A DNA stretch of 53,415 bases, from positions 1-53,415 of the forward strand of contig CAYUJS010000007.1 of assembly GCA_964445105.1 (NCBI GenBank), written 5' to 3'. Numbering within the stretch: the stretch's first letter is position 1; the number at the start of each line of letters is the position of its first letter. Below, piece by piece: positions 20,245 to 29,737 of this stretch. Source of the stretch: an uncultured bacterium. GTDB taxonomy: Bacteria > Chlamydiota > Chlamydiia > Chlamydiales > JAJFMA01. The position numbers and the translations under genes were made by a program. The notes beneath the pieces were generated by a model that worked only from the letters and a program-made list of their open reading frames with translations, did not search any database and had not been told where the DNA came from.

Positions 20245-21174
20245 CTACTGCTGCGCGGCCCGCAGCAAGCGTTCGCGGACCGTGAGCCAGTGGCCGGCTG
20301 GGGGCATCTCAAAATCGACCCAGGCGATGGAAATTTTTTTTTCATCGAGCTGGCGCAAGACGTGGTAGAGGTTTTGTAGTGCGCTAAGGGGAGCCGAGCT
20401 GTTTCCCAGTGATAAAACGAGTTTTGCCCTAGGGTAGCAGCGGTCAGCGAACCCGATGACCACCTCCGCTTCCTGCGCATAACCTGTACGGCCTAGAATG
20501 AGTTTTGCTCCAGGCGCGTAGTGCTTATAGCGACTGCCCGGGCAGAGTAGCGCATCTGGAGAAAGAGACCGAGGCTGGTAGCCTAGGGTGGTTAGAAATG
20601 ACTCTGGCGGCAACATTCCCAGGCGGGCTATAAACCATTGATCATCTTTATAGGCCAAAATGGTGGACTCCACCCCTTGGCTACAACACCCGCCATCTAC
20701 CACAGGGACCTGCTGACCAAAGTCTCGCATTACGTGTTGCGCGCTGGTAGGGGAGGGTTTTCCCGATAGATTGGCAGACGGTGCAACTAAGGCCCCTGCT
20801 AGAGAGAGCACCTCGCGAATTTGTGGGTGATCGGGTACGCGGAACGCGCAGGTGGGCTGATTAGCCCGCGCGCTTTCTGGGATTGTCTCCTCGCGGATGG
20901 GTAAGACGAGCGTAAGGGGTCCCGGCCAAAAACGTTTGGTCAGCTCTAAGAGAGAAGGTGGTGTACCGCCCGCGAGGTATTTGTCTAGTTCTTTAGCGGA
21001 AGAGAGATGAACGATTAACGGGTTGTCTTGCGGGCGCCCTTTGAGGCGAAAAACTTCAGCGATTGCCAGAGGTTTTGTAAGAGACGCAGCTAAGCCGTAG
21101 ACCGTCTCCGTGGGTAAGGCCACTACTTTGCCCGCTTTTAGTTGTTCCGCAGCTTCTTGTGGGGTGATGAACAT
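20245..21174 (-). CDS. tsaC: L-threonylcarbamoyladenylate synthase (Sua5/TsaC)
   Basis: VVALPTETVYGL, KGRPQDNPLIVH, FWPGPLTLV, APSANLSG, C-terminal Sua5 PGSRYKHYAP. Confidence 0.96.
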   Translation of the reverse strand: MFITPQEAAEQLKAGKVVALPTETVYGLAASLTKPLAIAEVFRLKGRPQDNPLIVHLSSAKELDKYLAGGTPPSLLELTKRFWPGPLTLVLPIREETIPESARANQPTCAFRVPDHPQIREVLSLAGALVAPSANLSGKPSPTSAQHVMRDFGQQVPVVDGGCCSQGVESTILAYKDDQWFIARLGMLPPESFLTTLGYQPRSLSPDALLCPGSRYKHYAPGAKLILGRTGYAQEAEVVIGFADRCYPRAKLVLSLGNSSAPLSALQNLYHVLRQLDEKKISIAWVDFEMPPAGHWLTVRERLLRAAQQ

Positions 21175-21415
21175 GCAGCTAATAATAGGGCCGATTGGAT
21201 TAAAAAACCATTGGTAGCCTTCGTACGGCGCGATCTAGCCTCCTCGAAGAAGGGTACCTGAAGGCCTCTCGGATATCCGCTTCTGCTGCCTTGTCGTAAA
21301 TTCTTACATATTTAGTTGATAATTACTAATTTTAGTTTTTTTATATTTAATTTATCACAATTAATTAATCTAAATGATATATTTATTATTATATTGAGTG
21401 AAAGGAGAGGTCTAT

Positions 21416-24400
21416 ATGGATAAAGTCGGTAGTTCCAGACCAGTAGGCGCCGAATGGCAGAGGCCCTCAGTTGCTCAGCTCATACAAACTCATCAATCAA
21501 TGATCGGCAGCGCCGGAAAATTCAGGCCTTCTGCCCCTAATAATCCTGCTACGCACAAAACCTGCGATCAAGGCGCGGCAGTGCTGGGCCACCCCAAAGG
21601 TGACGCCACCGATGTGCGGCAACCCGAGGCTAAAAAAGCCCTCTTTCAGGTGAAAAGCGCTGATTTAACTAAACCTGAACAGGCAACAGGGCCCAAGCCG
21701 AAAGTTGTTGTGCCCAGGCTGGATCTAAGCGCTGTTTTTAAGGAGCAAACGCCTCAGCCCTCATTTCTTAGAGGTACCCTCAAGCAAGCTCCACCAGCAG
21801 TGTCTGTCTTCGGCGCTCACCGCCAGCAAAAAAGTGCCGGACCGAGCACTACTGTCGCAGGGCAACAACAGACGCCTTCTGGTTTTCATGACACCACCAT
21901 CAAAAAAGAGGCCAGCTTCATCAACGTCGCAGGTGAGCTGGTCACCACGGAAAGGAATTTTACAAAAAACTTAGGCCAACTTGAGGCAAGATTGGGCTCT
22001 GAAGCCTTCAGCAAGTTTCAAGAGGGCCGATCGCCGCAGGAGCAAAGCGTACTGGGCGCTTTGAAACAGGCGGTTGGCGAGCTAAAGCAAAGCCAGGACC
22101 AATTGATGGGTCAGATTCATGCCGGTGTCCCCTTTCAGCAACTGCAAAGATCGGCCCTTACTCCTTCGCACCCCGACTACGCGCCAGACGAGCCCGCTAA
22201 AGGCTTGGAAAACAAAGGCAAGGAAAAGGTGGTTTTTGTTGTCGACGACCAAGGCAATCTCGGCGCTCGAGCCACGGCTACTCTCGATGTAGCAGAAAAA
22301 ATTACTTCTCTGATGCAAAGCAGCCAGATGGAAGAACACTTCGCGCTGCTAGGGAAGGTACAGGTCGCCTACAGTCAACTAGAACAGTTTCCTGGCTTAA
22401 GAAGCGCTCTTTCGACGGCCCTAGCGGCAGGAGATTTATCGACGAAACAAAAAATTGAAGGGGAACTGGTTGAGCCTGGCCAGAGGCAGGGCAAATACGA
22501 GCTTCTAATGAGAGATCTATCGGACAAGGTTGAAGGCCCAGGAAAAGGGGTGATCGAAGCGGCCATGACCAAAGCGCAGCATCTTGTGCGGCTCAATAAC
22601 GTCCGGCAAGACTTTGCTGGGCAGGTTGTGGTGCGCAAACTGGGAGCCTCCAACATGGACCTCGCGATCCAAACTGTCAGATTGTTGGACTCTTTTTTAA
22701 CAATCACCCGCCTGAGTTCAAAATCTAAAGCAGAAGCACAGGCCACCCAAGAGGGCATTGTACAAGACGCTCTTAAGCACATTGAAGCTAGCATCAAAAA
22801 TGGTGAAGGCACAAATGTAGCTACCTTTGCTCTTCTAAAGCAGATTAAATCCTTTCCCGGCGCTCGCAAACAATCTGAGCAAATTCAGAAATTAGAAGAC
22901 AGGCTCTGGAATAATACCAAGACCGAGCTCAAGGCAGACCTATCCACCATGCCCGCTGATATTGTCGCTCAAATCGCCCTGGGCAATAAGAACCTCGCCG
23001 AAGGGTTAGGCAAAGGGCTAACGGACTTAGCCCCCGCGCTGCATCTTTACATGACTGCTCTTTCGGGACTAAGCAATCCAGAAAGTATTCAAGCGCAAAG
23101 TAATATTTTACAGTTTGTTCAGGAGACGCTCACCTCTTCTAGTGCTGATGTGAGCACGCGCGTGGCCGTGGGTATGCTATCAACGGTGCCTGCTTTTGCA
23201 AAGGCCATACAAGACTCTGGAGACCAAACGCTCATTGCGATGCTGCAAGATCACTCCAATCCTGCTCCAGCGCACTCAATTCCTGTTGAAAAAGAGATAA
23301 AAACCGCCGCATCGACCTTTGCCACCAGGTTATTGGCTCCCAAAGAAGCGAACCTTAGACAAGCTTTCCTTGATAGCGCTGGCTTAGGCACTACCCGCGA
23401 TATCACCGCAGCTGTGTTTGATCACCTCGCCGATCAATATGCTGATCCTGGTACTTCTATGAAGGAGAGGGCAAATATTGTGAAATTCGCTTCAGATTTT
23501 GTGTTTACGAGCACAAGTTTTCCTTCAAAATTGTCCGCTATTCAGCAGGGAGTAGGTAGATTGGCAGCTTCGGTAAAAGCGAGTGGTGACGGTCAGGCCG
23601 CGCTACCTCTCGAAGCGTTTGCCCGTCTGCAGTCTTTGCCGGCTAGCTCCTCTCCAGCTTCAGCGCCTGTCGATAAGAGCAGGGAGGAGTTTATCGCCGA
23701 AGCAAAACAGCTGGGCCAGCCCTATAAGTTGGCAGAGAAATCTCCTGAGCAGCTCTACCGAGATGTGGCAGCAAGCACAACTAAGGCGCTAGCCCAGGTA
23801 TCCATAAGTGAGTTCGACGCCTACGTCGCGGGTAGATCAGAAGAGGCACCTTCGGTAAACCGTATAGCAGCCACGTTTAACTCCATCAATGATTTGATCC
23901 AAAATGAAATGCTGTTTAAGAAGGGTGGAGAGAAAATCTACAAAAACGTGGCGGATGCGGCCGCTTTAGCTTTGAAAAACGGCCGTTACGACGTTGCGAT
24001 GAACCTCGGTACGGCCCTAACGGCTGGTCCTACCTCGCGCTTATTTGGAGATAAATTAAATAACAAACAGAAAGCCACTGTCGATTTTATATCAAAAATG
24101 ATGGATGCCAATTGGGGGTCTTCGCGAGAAGCAGAAAAAAGTGCCGAGGGGGCGGGTAGATCGTTTTTACCTCCTTTTATGCGAGCGGTTCAGCCCGCCG
24201 TTATGGCTTTGGAGGGCAACCCTGGGATGAACGAAGGGCAAGTTAACGAGAACGCATTTCTGGTTTCCTCGGGGATTAAACAAAGTTTTGCTAAGACCGT
24301 CAATGTAGCAAAGAGCCTTGCTTTGGGAATACAAGAATCACCCGATCTTCTGGCAAGCATTAAGGTGACCGCGGATCAAACCAATTCATGGGGCTCTCAG

Positions 24401-24463
24401 GCACAAAAAGAGGGAGTGCAGTACGCTCAATCCTACGCTTTGAAAGCCAGGGGCACTAAGTAG
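21416..24463 (+). CDS. Putative secreted effector with DH (RhoGEF)-like, REM-like and CDC25 (RasGEF)-like domains
   Basis: ATG at 21416 after AAAGGAGAGG; disordered N-terminus; ELVTTERNFTKNL and LVEPGQRQGKYELLMRDL (DH CR1/CR3); APSVNRIAATFNSIN, ALTAGPTSRL, FLPPF...EGNPGMNEGQVN (CDC25). Confidence 0.75.
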   Translation: MDKVGSSRPVGAEWQRPSVAQLIQTHQSMIGSAGKFRPSAPNNPATHKTCDQGAAVLGHPKGDATDVRQPEAKKALFQVKSADLTKPEQATGPKPKVVVPRLDLSAVFKEQTPQPSFLRGTLKQAPPAVSVFGAHRQQKSAGPSTTVAGQQQTPSGFHDTTIKKEASFINVAGELVTTERNFTKNLGQLEARLGSEAFSKFQEGRSPQEQSVLGALKQAVGELKQSQDQLMGQIHAGVPFQQLQRSALTPSHPDYAPDEPAKGLENKGKEKVVFVVDDQGNLGARATATLDVAEKITSLMQSSQMEEHFALLGKVQVAYSQLEQFPGLRSALSTALAAGDLSTKQKIEGELVEPGQRQGKYELLMRDLSDKVEGPGKGVIEAAMTKAQHLVRLNNVRQDFAGQVVVRKLGASNMDLAIQTVRLLDSFLTITRLSSKSKAEAQATQEGIVQDALKHIEASIKNGEGTNVATFALLKQIKSFPGARKQSEQIQKLEDRLWNNTKTELKADLSTMPADIVAQIALGNKNLAEGLGKGLTDLAPALHLYMTALSGLSNPESIQAQSNILQFVQETLTSSSADVSTRVAVGMLSTVPAFAKAIQDSGDQTLIAMLQDHSNPAPAHSIPVEKEIKTAASTFATRLLAPKEANLRQAFLDSAGLGTTRDITAAVFDHLADQYADPGTSMKERANIVKFASDFVFTSTSFPSKLSAIQQGVGRLAASVKASGDGQAALPLEAFARLQSLPASSSPASAPVDKSREEFIAEAKQLGQPYKLAEKSPEQLYRDVAASTTKALAQVSISEFDAYVAGRSEEAPSVNRIAATFNSINDLIQNEMLFKKGGEKIYKNVADAAALALKNGRYDVAMNLGTALTAGPTSRLFGDKLNNKQKATVDFISKMMDANWGSSREAEKSAEGAGRSFLPPFMRAVQPAVMALEGNPGMNEGQVNENAFLVSSGIKQSFAKTVNVAKSLALGIQESPDLLASIKVTADQTNSWGSQAQKEGVQYAQSYALKARGTK

Positions 24464-25589
24464 CTTCTAACCCCTGCAAAAACTCGGGGTTAAGCGGTTT
24501 TAAATCGTCGATCACGAATAGGCCATCTTTGCGGATGAGCACATCGTCGAAGTAAATTTCGCCACCGCCCATTTCGGCTGTTTGGCGCAGCACAAGGTCC
24601 CAGTGGATGTTGGATTTATTGCCATTATCACACTCTTGGTAGGCCATGCCTGGAGTAAAATGGAGGGATCCAGCCATCTTCTCGTCGAAGAGAATGTCTT
24701 TCATCGGCTTGAGGCAGAAAGGATTGAAGCCGATGGCAAATTCGCCGATGTAGCGCGCGCCTTCGTCGCTATCGAGCACCTGATTGAGCTTATCGGAGTT
24801 ATTGCTAGTAGCGTTGATGATTTTGCCCTCTTTAAACTCGAAGCGTACATTCAGGTGGGTTTCGCCGCGGTAGATGGTGGGCGTGTTGTAGTGGATAACG
24901 CCATTGACGGAGGTCTTGACGGGTGCGCTGAAGACCTCGCCGTCGGGGATGTTGCGTTTACCCGAGCAGCCTCGCGCTCCGATATCTTTGATGGAAAAGG
25001 TGAGATCTGTGTCTTTGGGACCGCGTATGTGGACCTTGTCGGCAGTCTGCATGCGTTTGACCAGCGGCTGCATGGCGCGTTCCATGCGCGCATAGTCCAG
25101 CGTGCAAACATTGAAGAAAAAGTCCTCGAAAGCCTCCGTCGACATTTCAGCCAGCTGAGCCATGGCGCTAGTTGGCCAGCGTAGTACCACCCACCGGGTC
25201 TTTTTCACTCTCGTTTCAAAATGCACGGGTTGATAAAAGGTCTTTTCGTACAGTTCCTGCTTTGCCGGGGAGATGTCGGAGAGGTCGCTGACGTTGTGAT
25301 TGCCTCTGACGGCGATGTAGCACTGCACCTGTTTCATGAGCGAGCCTTCTACTTCGGCTTGAAAAGCCCAGCTCTCTTGCGAGCCTTCCTTTAGTAAGGT
25401 GCGTCTGATTGCATTGGAGTCGAGCTTAATAAAGGGGATCGCTCCAGCTTCGTGGGTAGCGCGGATCAATTCGCCGGTAAACTCCTGGGGGACGTCAATG
25501 GCTTCAATCAATACTTTATCGCCCGCTTTGGCCTCGCAGGAGTAGTTTACCAGTAGGTGGGCCAATTTTCGAAATCTAGAATCGCGCAT
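24456..25589 (-). CDS. Aminopeptidase, M29 family (AmpT/PepS-like)
   Basis: LAHLLVNYS, NIPDGEVFSAP, RYIGEFAIG, ILFDEKMAGSLHFTPG, NKSNIHWDLV. Start trimmed to MRDSRF. Confidence 0.93.
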   Translation of the reverse strand: MRDSRFRKLAHLLVNYSCEAKAGDKVLIEAIDVPQEFTGELIRATHEAGAIPFIKLDSNAIRRTLLKEGSQESWAFQAEVEGSLMKQVQCYIAVRGNHNVSDLSDISPAKQELYEKTFYQPVHFETRVKKTRWVVLRWPTSAMAQLAEMSTEAFEDFFFNVCTLDYARMERAMQPLVKRMQTADKVHIRGPKDTDLTFSIKDIGARGCSGKRNIPDGEVFSAPVKTSVNGVIHYNTPTIYRGETHLNVRFEFKEGKIINATSNNSDKLNQVLDSDEGARYIGEFAIGFNPFCLKPMKDILFDEKMAGSLHFTPGMAYQECDNGNKSNIHWDLVLRQTAEMGGGEIYFDDVLIRKDGLFVIDDLKPLNPEFLQGLEAT

Positions 25590-25860
25590 TTTCTCTCCTG
25601 ATGGACGTGTAGTGAATCGCTTTGCCTTCTGTGCCGGTGCCCGCAAAAGCGACAAACCAAGCGATCACGCACAGTATGGGGTTGGTGTCCCAGTAGTATT
25701 GGGTAGCCAGAATGGCTACAGTCAGGTGGGGCACGAATAGCCATCCTAGCCACGAAAGTGGCCCAAAGGGCGTCCAGACAGCCAGCAGCATGGTCAAGCG
25801 CGGGAAAAGGGTGATAAAAAGGAGAAAGAAAATCCCATGTACTTGCCAAAAATCCGTCAT
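25576..25860 (-). CDS. Small multi-pass membrane protein, hypothetical
   Basis: 94 aa, very hydrophobic, GGAGG RBS, overlaps the aminopeptidase start. Confidence 0.7.
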   Translation of the reverse strand: MTDFWQVHGIFFLLFITLFPRLTMLLAVWTPFGPLSWLGWLFVPHLTVAILATQYYWDTNPILCVIAWFVAFAGTGTEGKAIHYTSIRRENARF

Positions 25861-26008
25861 GCAACACCTCCTTAGTTTTATAAGGAAACTCTAACAGCGG
25901 TTAGTTTATTTGACTAAGCATAAAAAAATATTGACAGGGAGCGGGGGAGGTGAGCTAAGGTCCGATTTAATCTAGGTTTAAAGGAACTGCTACAGTTTGG
26001 GGGTGATC

Positions 26009-26473
26009 ATGTTAGCAAGAGGATCTTGGGTAGCCGTTAGTGTCTGTTTACTTGTGGCAGGTATTGGTAATGAAGTAAGAGCTACTTCAGCGGCGTCGCT
26101 TAAATCGTGCAGTCGCTGCCGTCTGTTAAGCGGCTGGGGGATGGGTGTCGTGCCTGAAAGCTCATTTGATGCAGACACCATCAAGACAATTGAGGGGGAA
26201 GTGGTCTCTGTGCAGGATCTTCCCAAGGGGACGGAGGTCGTTGATGGGGTTTACGTACTTCTCAAAACTGAGGCAGGCAATGTGGCTGTTAGGCTAGGGC
26301 CCGCTTCTGCTATAACCGGCGCAGGCGTTTCCATAGAGCCTTACGATACACTGACGATCACTGGGTCTGAGGTGAAGATGGATGATCATCAGGGCTTCAT
26401 TGCTACAGAAGTTTGTAAAGGCTCAGACTCCATACAATTGCGCAGTAAAAGCGGTGTAGTAGCCTGGAGATAG
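26009..26473 (+). CDS. Exported hypothetical protein with OB-fold-like domain
   Basis: Signal-peptide-like N-terminus, CxxC, FDADTIKTIEGEVVSV..LKTEAGNVAVRLGPA..LTITGSEV pattern. Confidence 0.6.
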   Translation: MLARGSWVAVSVCLLVAGIGNEVRATSAASLKSCSRCRLLSGWGMGVVPESSFDADTIKTIEGEVVSVQDLPKGTEVVDGVYVLLKTEAGNVAVRLGPASAITGAGVSIEPYDTLTITGSEVKMDDHQGFIATEVCKGSDSIQLRSKSGVVAWR

Positions 26474-26624
26474 CGCTGGGGCGCAAAGCCTAGCAGTATT
26501 TGCCAGATGTCTAATCCTTCTACCGCTTTCGCTTGCTCGGCTGCTGTTAAAGAGAGCGGTAGTGAATTCGCGCGTGTTTTATCGATGGCTTTGTGCGGTC
26601 GGCTGATAGTTGTATCCCGTTAGC

Positions 26625-29600
26625 TTAGAATTTTTGTAGCAGTACTGGCAGGATGTCTAGTACCGAGGGCACCCAGTTAATCCCCCTTTCATAAACTAGT
26701 GTGGCGGCCAAGTGACAGGAGATAATCGCTTTTTTGTGATGTTCCGGTACCTCTGACATCAGCTTTTCGACAAATTTTTCGCGCAGTATCGGAAGGCAGT
26801 AGCTTAGAAAACAACGTATTAGGGGATCTTGAATATTCTTTGAAAGGGGCTGCGCGTCCAGGTAGTCTAAAAGTTGGTAGGTATATCGATTGATTTTTTC
26901 AGAGAGTAGATCTGAGCTTTCAGTTAGATGCATCCCCGTTTCGCGATGATTTTTAAGTAAGGCGCGCGCCTCTTTGAGGGCGCATTGCTGCAGGTGTGCT
27001 AATACCTCAGAGACAAGCTGAAGCTTAAGCTTGGTGAACTCTGCATCGGTTAAGACGAGCCCACAAAGTACTTCGAAAGAGGAGGTGATGACACCGCCCT
27101 TGTTAGCTGAACTGTCTTTGATGATCAGCACGCCGGCTTCTTCAAGTTTACGGCGTGCAGTTTCGGTAAGATACAAGTTTGCCCCTTCTACGATTGCACG
27201 CGAGGTGGGTTTTCCTTTTTCGTCGAAAAAATCTTTGTAGTTTGCTTCGTTGAGTGTGCGTGGGCGCCCTCCGGCGGGTATAAATAGGTCGGTGGGCGTT
27301 TGATGGACATTGTGGCGAAACAAGTGGTTCATATCGTTACCAGAGAGCCACTCTTCTTCCACCTGCCCGCCACGTTTGTGCCAGCAGAGCGTCTGTTGGA
27401 CAAGAGTGTTTTGCCTGTCTAACAAATAGCCGCCCTCATGCAGAGCTACCGGAGGGTAGAATTTGATGGGTAAGTTCTGTTGAAAAAGCCCTGCGAGAAT
27501 AGCTAAATCTAGCCCTACAGGATCGTAAATTGTACCTGAGATATCAGTCAAAGCAAGTAACTTGGCTGTATTTGGGTAGTAGCGGTGGAGGTTGAGGATT
27601 TGGTTGCCGGCCACATCGCCATCTGGACCACCGCACATTTTAACGGTGAAGGTTTCTTGCTGTGGATCAATTCCTAGGTACTTGAGAAGTTCATCGACGT
27701 AGACATTCAACCCCAGTGAGGTGACGCCGTACTCTTTGTGGTTGAAGCCTGCGAGTGGTTTGCTACTGATGAAGGCTGCGCCAGGCTTGTACTGATAGTT
27801 GCGCGCGAAATCGGCAATCCAGGCAATCATGGAATTGTCCATGCGTTCGTCGGGACCGAGGTAGATATATTCTGGTTGTTTCCAATAGTCGACTATATAT
27901 TTGGCTTTGACATGGCCTTCATCATCGCCTTTGATGAGTGTCAATAGGCTCTCGATAAAAGAGCGCTGTGCGTGGTGGAGATACTCCTCTTCTTGCTCTC
28001 GACGAAAGTAGGCAAGTTTTTGCTTGATCTGCTGCTCCGAGATCGCAGAACTGCTGAGCTCAATGCGCAGGATCTTTGTCTCTGCCTCTAATTGTACAAA
28101 CGGTTTTAGAAAAACGACAGCTTTGGAGCCACCCTCCGGAATGTCTTTGTTCTTTTTCTGTTGTGTATAAGCGAGGTTGTAGCATTCAGCGAAGACATTA
28201 TTACGCTCCAGCACCATATGCTCTTCTTGTTCGGGATAAACCGTGCGTAGGCCACCTCTAGACAGTTCTTTAAACCGGATATGGAAGGCGAAAAAATGCA
28301 TGCCGCGTATATAAAAAATTCCGTAAGGGAGCTCGGGAAACTTGCTTTTACGATCAAAAGGGATCTGGTCGAGGTAGGCGGGATCGAGCCGGAAGCTATG
28401 GGCGGTGTAGTTGCGCCGGTAATAGTTTGTTTTGAGGGTGAAATGGATGAAGTGGATCGCTTGCATCAGCACGTTTTTGCGGCGCAGGTCATTTTCTTCC
28501 TGGCCGGTATCTAGGCGATCAACCATCTCTAAAAGCGAGGCATGCTCAGCTCGATATTTAGCGAGGTCGTTTTGGTCGGGATCAAATTTGAGGGCGAATA
28601 GCCGGCAGATGCTGGCGATCAGTTCAGGATGACGACAGAGGGCCTCCTCAATATTTTCGATGCGATAGAGCTGAGTGTCGAGGTTGACCAGGGCTTGATG
28701 GATAAAATGTGCCATAGAGCGGATGAGGTTGCCCTGATTGCCGTTGATAACCCCTTTAATCACTAGCGCACGGTCGATTAGATCGAAGTCATCAAAGTAT
28801 TTGATGGTGACGAGCTCGCTTAGGAAATCTCTCATGTCGGCTTTGTCCCAGGCGGCCTGTGCGCTGTTATGGTGGACGGACAGCGTCATCATCAGGATGC
28901 TTTGTTTGGTGTGGGGATCGATGTAAGAGGCATTGACGCGTTGTATGGTAAGGCGATGGCGATGCACCAAGCGCGCCAAGCGGTAGACAAAGTTTTGCTT
29001 AGGCGTGTTTCTCCATGCAAGTATGATCTGTACAGCGGGCTCGTTTTTTTGAGGCCAGCCCTCGTTAAAGCACACCTCGTATTGGCAGTTATCATGCGTC
29101 TTTGCGCGAAAAAATAGATCGAACGCTAAAACTAGGCGGCTCATGGGTAAGGCGCGCAAAAAGCCTGCATCTATAGAGGCGATCAGCTCGGCGCAATCAG
29201 CGTCGGTGACGCTTGGATTGCGCTCCTTGACTAGGGCGCGTAGCTCTTCAGTCGACGCTTGAGAAAGTGCCGGTGTGGTGGCTTGCTCTGCTTGTGTAAA
29301 AAGAATAATTCCTATGCGTAATTTAGCGGTGGTTTGTGGAACCGGTGGCGGTTTAGAAGAGAGAAACGAACGGTAGGTTTTGATGCCGTAGTTTGTGTAA
29401 CCCGCTAGAATTCTTAAGTCGGCGTCTGCGCTATCTAGGCAGAGGACAATGGCTCCTCGATCAATGGAGATGGCGGTAAAATAATCCTGCAGGTGAAAGT
29501 CGATCAAATGATGAGCGATCAACAGTAAATAATCCTGCCCGATCTCCTGAAAAAAGTCGGCCGGCATTGATTCTTCGAGCCAAAGATAGTTCTTTTGGAA

Positions 29601-29672
29601 CTTATGGCCCTCCTCCTGGATGGCCAGGGCTAGTCGTGCGTCGGGCTCGCGCGTCGGGTTTTGCTCAGCCAT
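26625..29672 (-). CDS. Large (~115 kDa class) NAD-specific glutamate dehydrogenase
   Basis: SRGGLRTV, YNLAYTQQKKNKDIPEGGSK, YLGPDE, GGPDGDVAGN, FIPAGGRP, IVEGANLY, KDSSANKGGVITSSFEV. Confidence 0.93.
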   Translation of the reverse strand: MAEQNPTREPDARLALAIQEEGHKFQKNYLWLEESMPADFFQEIGQDYLLLIAHHLIDFHLQDYFTAISIDRGAIVLCLDSADADLRILAGYTNYGIKTYRSFLSSKPPPVPQTTAKLRIGIILFTQAEQATTPALSQASTEELRALVKERNPSVTDADCAELIASIDAGFLRALPMSRLVLAFDLFFRAKTHDNCQYEVCFNEGWPQKNEPAVQIILAWRNTPKQNFVYRLARLVHRHRLTIQRVNASYIDPHTKQSILMMTLSVHHNSAQAAWDKADMRDFLSELVTIKYFDDFDLIDRALVIKGVINGNQGNLIRSMAHFIHQALVNLDTQLYRIENIEEALCRHPELIASICRLFALKFDPDQNDLAKYRAEHASLLEMVDRLDTGQEENDLRRKNVLMQAIHFIHFTLKTNYYRRNYTAHSFRLDPAYLDQIPFDRKSKFPELPYGIFYIRGMHFFAFHIRFKELSRGGLRTVYPEQEEHMVLERNNVFAECYNLAYTQQKKNKDIPEGGSKAVVFLKPFVQLEAETKILRIELSSSAISEQQIKQKLAYFRREQEEEYLHHAQRSFIESLLTLIKGDDEGHVKAKYIVDYWKQPEYIYLGPDERMDNSMIAWIADFARNYQYKPGAAFISSKPLAGFNHKEYGVTSLGLNVYVDELLKYLGIDPQQETFTVKMCGGPDGDVAGNQILNLHRYYPNTAKLLALTDISGTIYDPVGLDLAILAGLFQQNLPIKFYPPVALHEGGYLLDRQNTLVQQTLCWHKRGGQVEEEWLSGNDMNHLFRHNVHQTPTDLFIPAGGRPRTLNEANYKDFFDEKGKPTSRAIVEGANLYLTETARRKLEEAGVLIIKDSSANKGGVITSSFEVLCGLVLTDAEFTKLKLQLVSEVLAHLQQCALKEARALLKNHRETGMHLTESSDLLSEKINRYTYQLLDYLDAQPLSKNIQDPLIRCFLSYCLPILREKFVEKLMSEVPEHHKKAIISCHLAATLVYERGINWVPSVLDILPVLLQKF

Positions 29673-29737
29673 ACAAGCCTCCTAAAGGAGAAACTACCTT
29701 CGTCTTCTATTAATTAAAATGATTTTTTGATAAAATA

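Noticed and set aside
21215-21397. Structured-looking segment and AT-rich tract upstream of the GEF gene
   Set aside because: Only one copy in the window; the AT-rich part fits a divergent promoter region but no specific site can be supported.
26519-26562. Imperfect inverted repeat CTACCGCTTTC...GAGAGCGGTAG between convergent genes
   Set aside because: Large loop and no U-tract; too weak to call a terminator.
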